From an uncultured virus (IMG/VR IMGVR_UViG_3300034683_000137) (Duplodnaviria; Heunggongvirae; Uroviricota; Caudoviricetes), in IMG/VR virus record IMGVR_UViG_3300034683_000137: DNA of 64,000 nt, one strand, 5' to 3'. This document shows positions 27,886 to 38,100 of the stretch, one piece after another. Position 1 is the first letter of the stretch; the number at the start of each line of letters is the position of its first letter. The position numbers and the translations under genes are program-made. The notes under the pieces were generated by a model. The model was not told where the DNA came from, did no database searches, and saw only the letters and a list, made by a program, of their open reading frames with translations.

Positions 27886-30195
27886 TTAGCTGGACCTCTC
27901 TTTAATCTTATCACATGTTGATTTAATAATATTATATATATCACCATAAGGTATTCCAGCATATATAGGTGTACCTTCAATGAATCCATCTGAATCAACT
28001 GGTCTATTTTTAATATCAGATTGATTAATATAGGATATAGAACCCAGTAATGTTATAACAGCATCTTTATATACATCCAAATCCCAATTAAGTACTTTTA
28101 ATACTTTAACAAATGCCACTACTGACTCACTCACTGCTAATTTTAATGTGTTGCGTTCTTCATTAGTTGTAGCACTAGCTATTATATTTACAATTAGCAT
28201 TCTGGTGAATCTGTACATGGGTTTATTTATCAAAGTAAACGCATCTACCATATTTAAGCCTGGTGTGTTACTTCCAATGGCAATATGCTTAGCCTCAGAG
28301 TACCATAACAGCAAATATATATCAGTCAATGCTTTTACAAGATAGTATTTCTCTTGTGGCTTTAAAGTTGAAAGAGGTAAGTCAATATAACTATAATCAT
28401 ATTTATCTTTAGCCAGCATCTTGTCTAATACAAATAATCTCCACACATATTTCTCATCTTGTTCTTTAAATATATCTTCACATAGTGCTTTATGATACTT
28501 TGAAGCAATAGAAGTATCTGCTTTATTGGAATATAGTTCCAGAAATGATTTCATAGCAAGACGACCATATTTAAACGCAATTTGTTTACGTTCATTTTTA
28601 TCTTTGGTCATATACATTTCTTCATAACCAGCTGCAAATAGAGATGCAGTATAAAGTACTGATGTTGCAGGTATACCAACGTTTCCTCTGTTAATCATCA
28701 TTGCTGACAAATTTCTCTTGGTGAAAACATTGCCAAGCATATTGCATAAGAGTGAATCATCAATTAATCTAGGACGTTCCTTGGTTATAGTCTCAATGAT
28801 TTTCTTAAGATTGATTCTTGAATAATACTCTTTGACCTCCTCAGGAAATGTTGAATGAGGAACATTAGCATCACTTAATTCTGGAGTAAGCAGTTCAATT
28901 ATGGGCTTAGGATATACTTCTGTCAAGGGTATCTCCTTCTCAAAATTTTGGACATTTTCAACAACTGGTTTATTTTTAACTAGAGATATCTTTTTAGCTA
29001 AATCATCATGAAGCCCTCTATCATTTTTGTCTAGCTCTTCACGTTCAATTTGTGCAATTGATTTGACATCCTCTTTGGTTACATCACTATTGCTTGCGCC
29101 AATAACATTAAACTCATCTTTGAGCAAATCAGCCAAAAAGGCATCTTTATCCATTGTCTGTATTTCACGTTCTATCTCTTCATCAGATAAAAACTCAGTA
29201 GAAATTAGATCATCATCACCAGCTTCATTTGTCTGAGTTTCTTTAATTTCACCAGCATCAACATATGACTGCTCTGTATCTATTTCAACTTCAACAGGAA
29301 TATTATCATGCTCACTTTCAGTTTCTGTATTTTCTTCACTGTCATGGATAGTGCCAATCGTATTTTCAGTAAGCACTCCTGCTAGTGTGTTAGTTTGACT
29401 AATCAAAGTATTTGAATGGTTTTGTGTGTTAGTAAAATAGGCCATCAACGAACCAACTGCAGCACTGAATGCTGTTGATATCTCCTGTTTGATGTTGGAT
29501 GTGAAATTGTCAAGTCTGTTACTCTGTTCGTCAACTTTTTTGCTATTTTCAAGTAGCATAGCATATAAGCTATCAAGCTTTTCAAGTTTAGTTTCAAGGT
29601 AGCTATCTCTAATTTCTTGCTTAATTAAAGCATTGTACACTGGTGCATTGTTGATGAATCCATTGAGTCTCTCTATCAGGATTGAGATCTCACCAGCTGT
29701 GGTGACCATGTCAAAAGTGGTTGACCCATTTGTCCATTTGAACAGGAAAGCAGGTATTTTCTTGACTGGATCAATGTATGGCATAACTTCAAGTATGACT
29801 TTTTTGCTGAATGCTTTCCTGATGATTGATTTATCTCTTTGATCTTGTGCAATGGTCCAACCTTGTGTAACTGATGTTGCAAAAACTTTGTTGATTGTAC
29901 TGCTGGATATGACATACTTCAGCATCACTGCAAAGGTTACTGCGTGTTCAATTGGGATGTACACATTGAATTTCACATTGTCAATCGTGAACATGAACAT
30001 GTGAAAAAATGGCTTGTACTCTGCAATGGTACCTGTGTATCTGCCTTTCTTGAGAAGAATTACGTGCTCAATGTAATACTTTAAACTCCTAGTTGAAGAC
30101 TGAAAATCACATCTGCTGCCTTCAACAGGCATCCATTCCTCAATCAATTCCTCCTCCACTGCGTTCTTATCTGGGCTAAATCTTTGATTTATCAT
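27886..30195 (-). CDS. large hypothetical protein with coiled coil and acidic linker
   Basis: 769-aa ORF, SD AAGGAGG. Confidence 0.75.
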   Translation of the reverse strand: MINQRFSPDKNAVEEELIEEWMPVEGSRCDFQSSTRSLKYYIEHVILLKKGRYTGTIAEYKPFFHMFMFTIDNVKFNVYIPIEHAVTFAVMLKYVISSSTINKVFATSVTQGWTIAQDQRDKSIIRKAFSKKVILEVMPYIDPVKKIPAFLFKWTNGSTTFDMVTTAGEISILIERLNGFINNAPVYNALIKQEIRDSYLETKLEKLDSLYAMLLENSKKVDEQSNRLDNFTSNIKQEISTAFSAAVGSLMAYFTNTQNHSNTLISQTNTLAGVLTENTIGTIHDSEENTETESEHDNIPVEVEIDTEQSYVDAGEIKETQTNEAGDDDLISTEFLSDEEIEREIQTMDKDAFLADLLKDEFNVIGASNSDVTKEDVKSIAQIEREELDKNDRGLHDDLAKKISLVKNKPVVENVQNFEKEIPLTEVYPKPIIELLTPELSDANVPHSTFPEEVKEYYSRINLKKIIETITKERPRLIDDSLLCNMLGNVFTKRNLSAMMINRGNVGIPATSVLYTASLFAAGYEEMYMTKDKNERKQIAFKYGRLAMKSFLELYSNKADTSIASKYHKALCEDIFKEQDEKYVWRLFVLDKMLAKDKYDYSYIDLPLSTLKPQEKYYLVKALTDIYLLLWYSEAKHIAIGSNTPGLNMVDAFTLINKPMYRFTRMLIVNIIASATTNEERNTLKLAVSESVVAFVKVLKVLNWDLDVYKDAVITLLGSISYINQSDIKNRPVDSDGFIEGTPIYAGIPYGDIYNIIKSTCDKIKERSS

Positions 30196-30610
30196 GATTG
30201 TGATTGATGTCCTCCTTCGTGTTTAGAATTTTTGCTGCTTTTGCTTTACTGCTTGTGGTGCTACTGCTTATCCCCTGGCCAAGGATATTTTAATTCTACA
30301 CCAGCTGGTTTGATTTTGTCAACACCTTTTTTTGAAATTTTGAAAACCAGATCTGATGCTCCTAAATCATAGACTTTTATCTTGGGTTTGTCAACAGCAT
30401 GTTTAATTTTTATGCAAAATTGGGCCTCTAGACCTATAACTGGGGATGATATTAGCCACCCACTCATTATATTAAAAGTATTAAAGTATTATTAGGGAAT
30501 AGTATATTTAAAATAATATTATTAATACAAAATTAGTGTTAGTATTATATTATAATATAATATTAATATTAATATATCTAGGTACTAGTATTATTATAAT
30601 AATAATTATA

Positions 30611-30650
30611 ACACACACCCTAACTCTGTAAAGAGAGTTAGGGTGTGTGT
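30611..30650. repeat. 17-bp perfect inverted repeat
   Basis: ACACACACCCTAACTCT-gtaaag-AGAGTTAGGGTGTGTGT. Confidence 0.9.
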
Positions 30651-30920
30651 GTTATAAAAATAATAAAATTATTAGATTCAGTATTTTAATATTAATATTA
30701 ATAATAATACTAGTATTTAATATTATTATATATATATTAATATTATTATTATATATTAATATTATTATTATATATTATCTAGCTAAGTATAAAATACTAG
30801 TATTTATAATATTTTATTTTAATATACCCAAGTTATATATTATAATATAATATTATAAATAATAGGCAAGCTATCATTTTCACAAAGTATGTGTGATCCA
30901 ATTCTGCCAGCTAAAGTATT

Positions 30921-31185
30921 ATCACCAAGTAAATATATATTATATAAAATTATTTATCTGAAAATCATATATTATTTATATTTAGTATATCAGATATTTT
31001 ATATTATATAAAATTTTAAGTTATGATTATATATATAATATAAAATTCAATTTTGGAAGACACCAGTTAATATCAGTGTTTTTATAATCTCATCACCAAG
31101 AAAAATTATATTATATATGATTTTTACTCAAAAGATGATATATAATATAAAATTTCTAGTTATATGTTTTTATATTATATAAAAT
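30921..31185 (+). repeat. iteron-like 15-mers TATAT(T/A)ATATAAAAT at 32-bp spacing in two modules
   Basis: copies at 30936, 30968 (degenerate), 31000, 31032 and 31107 (2 mismatches), 31139, 31171; each module starts with ATCACCAAG (30921, 31092). Confidence 0.75.
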
Positions 31186-31385
31186 AATTTTGGTATATAA
31201 TATAATTTTTATATTAATATATTATCCTAGACTAATACAGTAATTCTTTAATTATAAACATAAAATATATTTTTGTACTAGTAAACTTTTCTATGCCAAT
31301 TAGTTCATTTTAACATTAGTTCAAAATAAACTTAAGTTTACAAATACTAGCAAATACAATGTTAACTTAGTTTAATTTAACTATA

Positions 31386-31414
31386 TTGACATGTATAAAT
31401 CTGTATAATATAAT
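31386..31414 (+). promoter_or_regulatory. consensus sigma70/sigmaA promoter
   Basis: TTGACA-17 bp-TATAAT. Confidence 0.85.
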
Positions 31415-31470
31415 TATTTTAACTAAATAGTGATAGACGACACCAACTTCCATAAAAGGAGCAAAATACA

Positions 31471-31722
31471 TTGGAAGAAATATGGCTCAGTAATTTATCG
31501 TTTAACTATTTGTTATCAATTGGTGATGCATTCTGTAAGGAATGTCCTATGTTTAAATATCATCAAGGATACTTGAACAGCATTATAGGAGACGTAGAAT
31601 GTATTAGAGATAGTGGTCATATGCAAAGGCAGTTTATTTCTTTGATTAAAACATTAGAGAAAGCTGATCAACTAGCTGGTCTTGAAAGAAAAATTCCAAT
31701 TTATATTAACTATTATAGGTAA
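31471..31722 (+). CDS. hypothetical protein
   Basis: 83 aa, SD AAGGAG, downstream of the promoter. Confidence 0.65.
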   Translation: MEEIWLSNLSFNYLLSIGDAFCKECPMFKYHQGYLNSIIGDVECIRDSGHMQRQFISLIKTLEKADQLAGLERKIPIYINYYR

Positions 31723-31829
31723 GATTAAATTCAAATTAAACAGTAATAGAAGCTCTTACTTATAGAAGTTGATAATAGTTTACTGTAACATATGTTCACA
31801 TATTTTAGGAGGTTAAAATTGAATTTACT

Positions 31830-32195
31830 ATGATTACTATACAAAGAAAATACATGTTGTTACCTGATGATTGTATCCAGGCTAATATTGATGATGATAC
31901 ATTTAATCAACTTATCATATTATGTTTAGAAAATAATATAAGTTATGATTCAATAGTAAATATAATAAATAATATATGTTTAATTGTTGACCCATACGCT
32001 GAAGCTATTAGAGTTATTATGGCCAAACCAAATAAGCAATTTACTATTGTTTTTAAATGCAACAATATTAGTTTAAATATGTTAAATAAATTACATACTC
32101 TTAACAGAATGATACAACAGTGTGAATCACTAGTATTTAAACCCAATCTTATTATTATTCGAAATAAATGTAAAAGATCAGAACAAAGTATGTAA
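31830..32195 (+). CDS. hypothetical protein
   Basis: 121 aa, SD AGGAGG (start may be the upstream TTG). Confidence 0.65.
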   Translation: MITIQRKYMLLPDDCIQANIDDDTFNQLIILCLENNISYDSIVNIINNICLIVDPYAEAIRVIMAKPNKQFTIVFKCNNISLNMLNKLHTLNRMIQQCESLVFKPNLIIIRNKCKRSEQSM

Positions 32196-32258
32196 TACGT
32201 ATATAATGTTACTATTTTTACCTATTATCTAGTTAGAGACATAAATGGAGGGTTATAA

Positions 32259-33707
32259 ATGTGTAAGATTAACGATAATGATTTTATCAATAATGTACCA
32301 ACAATACGATTACTTTATCTCATTTCTAAATATAGTACAATTTTTGTTAAAGAAACAGTGATTACTAATCTAAAAAATAATATAGTGGATATATTTAATG
32401 AGTTAAAGCAATTGGTAAAAAATATTGATAATATATGGTTGGTATTTAATAATGTTTCTGTTGTTGACCCAATAGATAAAAGCGTTATATATCCATCTAT
32501 AATATTAAAGGAGTTAGAAATTCCAACACCAGAAGAATATATTTCTCAGAACGATATAACTAATCTATTTAATTCTAAATCGATTAAAGATGATCAATAT
32601 ACTATTCAAACATTAGATGATAATAATAGCCTTTTTATAGCTCCAATATTATATATTGATATACCTACAGCATTACTGATTATAAAGATTAATGGTAATA
32701 TGTCCAACATATTTTTTGATACATTAGCGTTATTTGCAGGATTAATATCATCTGCAGTTTTTAAAATATTATATTTAAGCACTGTCATACAAAAAAGTAG
32801 ATTTATTAGGGCCATCCAGGATATTATACCAGATTATCTTTGGATAAAAGATGCTGATGGTAAATATACATATGCAAATGAAAAAGCAATGGAATTTCTA
32901 GACGCTCAAGATAATAAAGACGTACTTAACAAAACATATGATTACTTTTATAATACAAAACTTTTGAAATATAAGCTCCAGAATTTTAAACCAGATATTG
33001 TTAATGAAACAGATAAACAAGTAATCAAAAATAAAGAACCTGTTAATTATGTTGAATCTGGATATAATAAAGACATATATGAAACATACTGTGTCTATAA
33101 AGCACCAATACTTAGTAATGATAGTATTAATGTAGATGGAATAATAGGTCATGCTATAAATCTAACTGAATATATAGCCCTCCAAAAAGAACTTTATAAA
33201 ATGGATACTCTCCTCAAGATTATTACTGATCAAATACCAAACTTATTATTTGTACATGATAGAACAGGTATTATAATATATTCAAATAAACAATTAATAG
33301 AATCCTCATTAGTCACATCCAAGTTAACTTATATGGATATTATAGGACAACATTACAAAGATATATTTGTATCTAACAAAGAATTTATAGATTCTTTATA
33401 TCGTATAGATAAGTTAATAATTGAACATAGAAAACCAATAGAACATACTGTTAAAACTAATAATAATGATTGGTATAGCTTTATACATACACCATTATTC
33501 TTTAATAAAGATATTATTGGTATTATCTCTATAGGTACAGATATAACAGAACAAATAAGAGAATTTGAAAAGATTAAAAAAGAGGTAGAACTTATTACTA
33601 AACAGTATTTTATAAACAATGATAAAACTTATGCTGATATGAAAAGAGAATTTGCCAAAATGAAGGAAAAAATTTCAGCAATAAAAACAAGAAATGGTGG
33701 TGCATAG
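32259..33707 (+). CDS. tandem PAS-domain protein with no output domain
   Basis: IPDYLWIKDADGKYTYANEKA...YKAPI...GIIGHAINLTE and IPNLLFVHDRTGIIIYSN...HTPLF...IIGIISIGTDITE. Confidence 0.85.
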   Translation: MCKINDNDFINNVPTIRLLYLISKYSTIFVKETVITNLKNNIVDIFNELKQLVKNIDNIWLVFNNVSVVDPIDKSVIYPSIILKELEIPTPEEYISQNDITNLFNSKSIKDDQYTIQTLDDNNSLFIAPILYIDIPTALLIIKINGNMSNIFFDTLALFAGLISSAVFKILYLSTVIQKSRFIRAIQDIIPDYLWIKDADGKYTYANEKAMEFLDAQDNKDVLNKTYDYFYNTKLLKYKLQNFKPDIVNETDKQVIKNKEPVNYVESGYNKDIYETYCVYKAPILSNDSINVDGIIGHAINLTEYIALQKELYKMDTLLKIITDQIPNLLFVHDRTGIIIYSNKQLIESSLVTSKLTYMDIIGQHYKDIFVSNKEFIDSLYRIDKLIIEHRKPIEHTVKTNNNDWYSFIHTPLFFNKDIIGIISIGTDITEQIREFEKIKKEVELITKQYFINNDKTYADMKREFAKMKEKISAIKTRNGGA

Positions 33708-34269
33708 CGTGTCACAGGATGAATACATACCAGCCAAATTTGTTGAGACTATACTAGCCACTATCATCAAACCACAGGAAGACAACCTTGAAGCTATTAA
33801 AGAACTCACCAAATCAATAAACGAGTTATTATCATATGTAACTGCACCACCCTCTAGAGCACAACTTTATGATATTATTATGAAAAATAGAGAAGTTATA
33901 TCAGAAAAAATAGATGAATGTATTAAAACTTTAGATTCAGTATTGGAAAAGAAAATAAATATTATATCTGATAATGAAAAGAATATGCTACTTGAAATTA
34001 AAAGGTTGTTTGAAGATAATAGAGAGATGATAGAGCAACTTAAGACTTGGCGTAATGAAGATGTATTACAAAATGTATTACAAAATAAGGACTTTCAAGA
34101 CAGATTAGAATCTGTCTTTCAAGAAGGTAGTCCATTATATGACAAAATAATGAAAATAACATCTGATATTGAAGAGCTTAAATATCATAATAAACTGGTA
34201 TTAACTGTTATCAGTGTTGCATTTTCCATTATAATGGCAGCTATATCATATGTAACTTTAGTACCATAG
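33694..34269 (+). CDS. coiled-coil protein with C-terminal membrane anchor
   Basis: heptad-rich; ends LVLTVISVAFSIIMAAISYVTLVP; overlaps the PAS gene. Confidence 0.7.
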   Translation: MVVHSVSQDEYIPAKFVETILATIIKPQEDNLEAIKELTKSINELLSYVTAPPSRAQLYDIIMKNREVISEKIDECIKTLDSVLEKKINIISDNEKNMLLEIKRLFEDNREMIEQLKTWRNEDVLQNVLQNKDFQDRLESVFQEGSPLYDKIMKITSDIEELKYHNKLVLTVISVAFSIIMAAISYVTLVP

Positions 34270-34278
34270 ATAGATTGT

Positions 34279-34307
34279 TTGACATTGCTTATAATATATG
34301 TTACTAT
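34279..34307 (+). promoter_or_regulatory. sigma70-type promoter
   Basis: TTGACA-17-TACTAT with TG extension. Confidence 0.65.
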
Positions 34308-34353
34308 ACAATAGGTATTACTCATCATCAGATAGGATTATAGTATTTTTACA

Positions 34354-34394
34354 TCAGTGGTTAGAGGGCTGCGTAGCGGACTTCTAACCACTGA
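34354..34394 (+). terminator. strong stem-loop
   Basis: TCAGTGGTTAGA...TCTAACCACTGA, 12-bp outer stem. Confidence 0.6.
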
Positions 34395-34413
34395 ATATTC
34401 TAAAAAAATAGAC

Positions 34414-34442
34414 TTGACAGTTATTATCTTACTTGATAGAAT
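34414..34442 (+). promoter_or_regulatory. sigma70-type promoter
   Basis: TTGACA-17-TAGAAT with TG extension. Confidence 0.7.
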
Positions 34443-34486
34443 GATACTGATAGAGATACCTATCATAAATTACAGGAGGTATTAAA

Positions 34487-34867
34487 ATGAAATATCAAGG
34501 TGCAAGTTCTATATTAGTAACAGTCAATATTACATGTAAAGATAGTGCTTTTACTGAAGGAGCAGATAACGACCATGTATCTGCAGTAGTATCGTTGATT
34601 TCTAGACATGGTTCTTCTTTCAAGGTATTAGTACCAAATGCCTTTAGAAGTATTGATGATATAAAAATGGTTGCATTTGAAACTGTAACTGGTATTAGAT
34701 CTAATGAGTTAGCTAAGTATTTTATGGTGAAATTGGAAAATCTAGAATTTATTAGTGATGATGAATTCATTATGTGTGTACCAATAGCTGATAGTGTAAA
34801 GGATATACCTGGATATACTGAACAAGCTGCTGAGTCTCAGCAAACTACTGCAGAAAAAACAGAATAA
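34487..34867 (+). CDS. hypothetical protein
   Basis: 126 aa, SD AGGAGG. Confidence 0.75.
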   Translation: MKYQGASSILVTVNITCKDSAFTEGADNDHVSAVVSLISRHGSSFKVLVPNAFRSIDDIKMVAFETVTGIRSNELAKYFMVKLENLEFISDDEFIMCVPIADSVKDIPGYTEQAAESQQTTAEKTE

Positions 34868-34889
34868 TAAATAGCCAACTAAAAAACAA

Positions 34890-34918
34890 TATCTCCCACT
34901 TCATTCAAGTGGGAGATA
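34890..34918. repeat. solo hairpin with the same stem as the tnpB element right end
   Basis: ATCTCCCACTTC-attc-AAGTGGGAGA versus ATCTCCCACTTC...AAGTGGGAGA at ~59798-59831. Confidence 0.6.
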
Positions 34919-35145
34919 CTATTACTATAATAAAAAAGGAGGTAGAATATTGAAGGAAAAAGGAATCCAACTATGTAACAAAAAGGAGTGTTTATCACGT
35001 CTAGTCAAGTTATAATAACTGATGTTAGACGTTTGATATATATTAGTAGTTGGTTTCCTTAGTTTAGATGATAAAATAATAAGTTGTTAAATGAAACAAT
35101 AACTATGTTGATATATGATTATTATATGATGGGGGATTTTAATTC

Positions 35146-38100
35146 ATGACAAAAGAATTATCACCACTAACGAAATATATTTATTATATACAACATAAGA
35201 CTGATTCATTGGATGATACAGTCAAGCAACTTAATATATCTACAATATTAAATATATCTGAAGATGATGTGTTATCTTGTATATACTTGGATCAATTGAT
35301 TAATACTAATCCTATACTTGCACGAAATGTACCTTTTGATAAATTATCTGAATTTCACAGATATATTAACAGATCCAAACAAATACAATTTATGTCAAAC
35401 AAATCAAAGAAAGTTACTGATGAAATAAATCAATTAAAACAACAACATCCTTATTTATCAGAAGAAGATATCAAAACATATCTTACATTGACAAAAAATA
35501 ATACTGAAAGTCTTAATCAAGAATCTGTTGTTTCTTCCAATAATGTTGAAGATACTATAGATACTATTTCTCCATTGAAAGATGAGATAGAAAAGAGACT
35601 CACTACGCAATGTGCATTATGCAAATCTAATAAAGATGATATACAAAGGACTATCTTTGATTTTACAACAAATGATATATCCCAAGTTAAAGTACTATTT
35701 GTTGGAGAAGCACCTGCTGTCAATGAAATTAAAGAAGGTAAACCCTTTGTTGGACGTGCAGGACAGTTATTAAGACATACATTAGATAATACTGGTTTTA
35801 ATGATATTCATTGGGGTGTTATGAATGTTTGTTTATGTTTTCATCAACCATCAAACCCACCAATGAAAGATGAGATAGCGTATTGTTTTGACAATCTAGA
35901 GTTAATTATTTCTAAATTACCAGTAGATGCTGTTATAGTTCCACTTGGTAATTATCCTTGTAGTAGGTTTGGTATAACAGATAAGATAACAGATGCTATG
36001 ACGAAGATATACAAATATAATGAGCATCTGGTATTACCATGTATTCATCCATCTGCAATATGCAGAAATATGTCCAGATATGATATTTTTGCTAATAGGT
36101 TAAAACAAATAAGATATGCTATAGAATCAAAAGATAATGTTCAACCACATATGTCTTATACTACTGATGATGTGAGGAAGTTGTTTCCTATTCCCAATAA
36201 AACTGAACCAGAAACAGTTAATAACAATAAGAATGATACTGATACTACAAGTAATACATCTGATAATATAATGTTAGTTAATACAGTATACAATTATCTT
36301 AAATCTGAAGTTAATTATGTATTAAGAAGAGGACAAGATAAAATAATTCATACTACAGATGATAAATATGCTCTATATTATGGTAAATCAAATAATACTG
36401 TTGAATATAAGGATAAATTAAAACTCAAAGTTATACATTTTAAAGATAGAGTAAATGTAATAAACGATTTGAAGAGCAAAGGATTTAATGTCTTTGGAGA
36501 TATGAATCTATCAGTATATAAGAATATTCAGTTTAGAAATACTTACACAGAGACTGAACAACCATTAAGAATTGCTGCTATAGATATAGAATTATTTCTC
36601 AATGGTAATATGATGCTTCTCGATGACATGATGGCAGCTGCAAAGAGATATGTTATATCATTGATAACACTATATGATAACTATACTGATACCTATTATA
36701 CGTTTATAAACAACTCATTCAATTTGAACATTGATAAGCAAGAAATAATCAAACATCTAGAATATAAAGATGAATGTAATATTGAAATATTTGTATATAA
36801 TGATGAAAGACAGATGCTGAATGGTTTTATTCAAAAATTTGATGAAATAGATCCTGATCTTGTAACAGGATGGAACTCATCAGCATTTGACTGGCCATTT
36901 ATTATTAATAGATCACAATATCTTGGTATAGAATGTAAAAACAAATATGGTCGTATTTTTATTAATGAGCGAACTAATAAACCATATATTCCATATGTTG
37001 TGGAATGTGATTATTTAACATTGTATAAGAAAAGAACATTCAGTAAAAGAGAATCTTATACACTTGGTTTTATTGCTGAATTTGAACTTGGTATAAAGAA
37101 ACTGTCTCTTGACAAACGATTTGATGATATGTGGTTATCAGACCCCAATAGATTCATTGCTTATAATATTAATGATGTTCATCTTGTAAGAAAGTTGGAT
37201 AATAAGCTCAAATATATTGATATTCAATTTAACATTATAAGAGCAACCAATATCAGTTGGGATGAATCATTCAAGACACTTCCAATTATAGATGGTATTC
37301 TATTTACAACATTAGATAAGCAAAATAAGACAGTTATATGTAAAAAATATGAATATGATAAAGATAATGATCAGGAAACAGAAAAGCTTAAAGGTGCTTT
37401 TGTAAGAAAACCATTAAAAGGATTATATAACTGGTTAGCTGATTTGGATCTTTCTTCTCTGTATCCATATATCATTGCACGATATAATATTTCTATTGAT
37501 ACCTATGTTGGTAAGGTAGATGAATATATTGCTCGTGAATATATCTATAATAGAGATGAATTATTATCTCAACCAGATAGACTTATTAATTATGAAGATA
37601 AGAATTTAAATGTTAAACAGATTACAGTGCAGAAATTACATGATACCATAACTAAACACAATTTGATAATAACAATAATGGGTACAATGTATGTCAATCA
37701 TAATACAAAATTATCAGTTTATTATGAAATTATAGATATGCTTATTAGAGAACGCAAACGATATAAAAATGAAATGTTTAAAGCAATTGAGAATAATAAT
37801 CAGATGTTAGCAGAAAGATATAATAATTGGCAATTTACTTATAAGGTTCTTACTAACTCACTATATGGTGGAATAGCTAATCAATATTTTAGACTGTTTC
37901 ATTTTCCATCTGCAGAGACTATAACTGCATCTGGAAGAGAAATAGTAACAATGGGTGCATATCATATTCATCAGTATTTAAATAAAATGAGAGATGCTCA
38001 TAAGATGGATATTGAACCATATGAATTTGATACAAGATTTCTTGATGCTGATGTACTGGAGAATATAGTATATGGTGATTCTGTTGATGAAAATACAAAA

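Larger units (their letters stand above)
30470..31380. other. putative replication origin / divergent control region
   Basis: extremely AT-rich non-coding DNA at the gene-strand switch, with phased repeats and a long palindrome. Confidence 0.6.

Noticed and set aside
30261..30467. 68-aa ORF upstream of the 769-aa gene
   Set aside because: No SD or recognisable motif; cannot be supported.
30638..30643. TTAGGG telomere-like hexamer
   Set aside because: Single copy inside a palindrome arm; chance.
30647..30850. 67-aa Ile/Leu-rich ORF
   Set aside because: Artefact of near-pure AT sequence; no SD.
30921..31210. CRISPR mini-array near the Cas4-like gene
   Set aside because: Units are 15-bp A/T-only motifs with a 32-bp period, too short for repeat-spacer structure.
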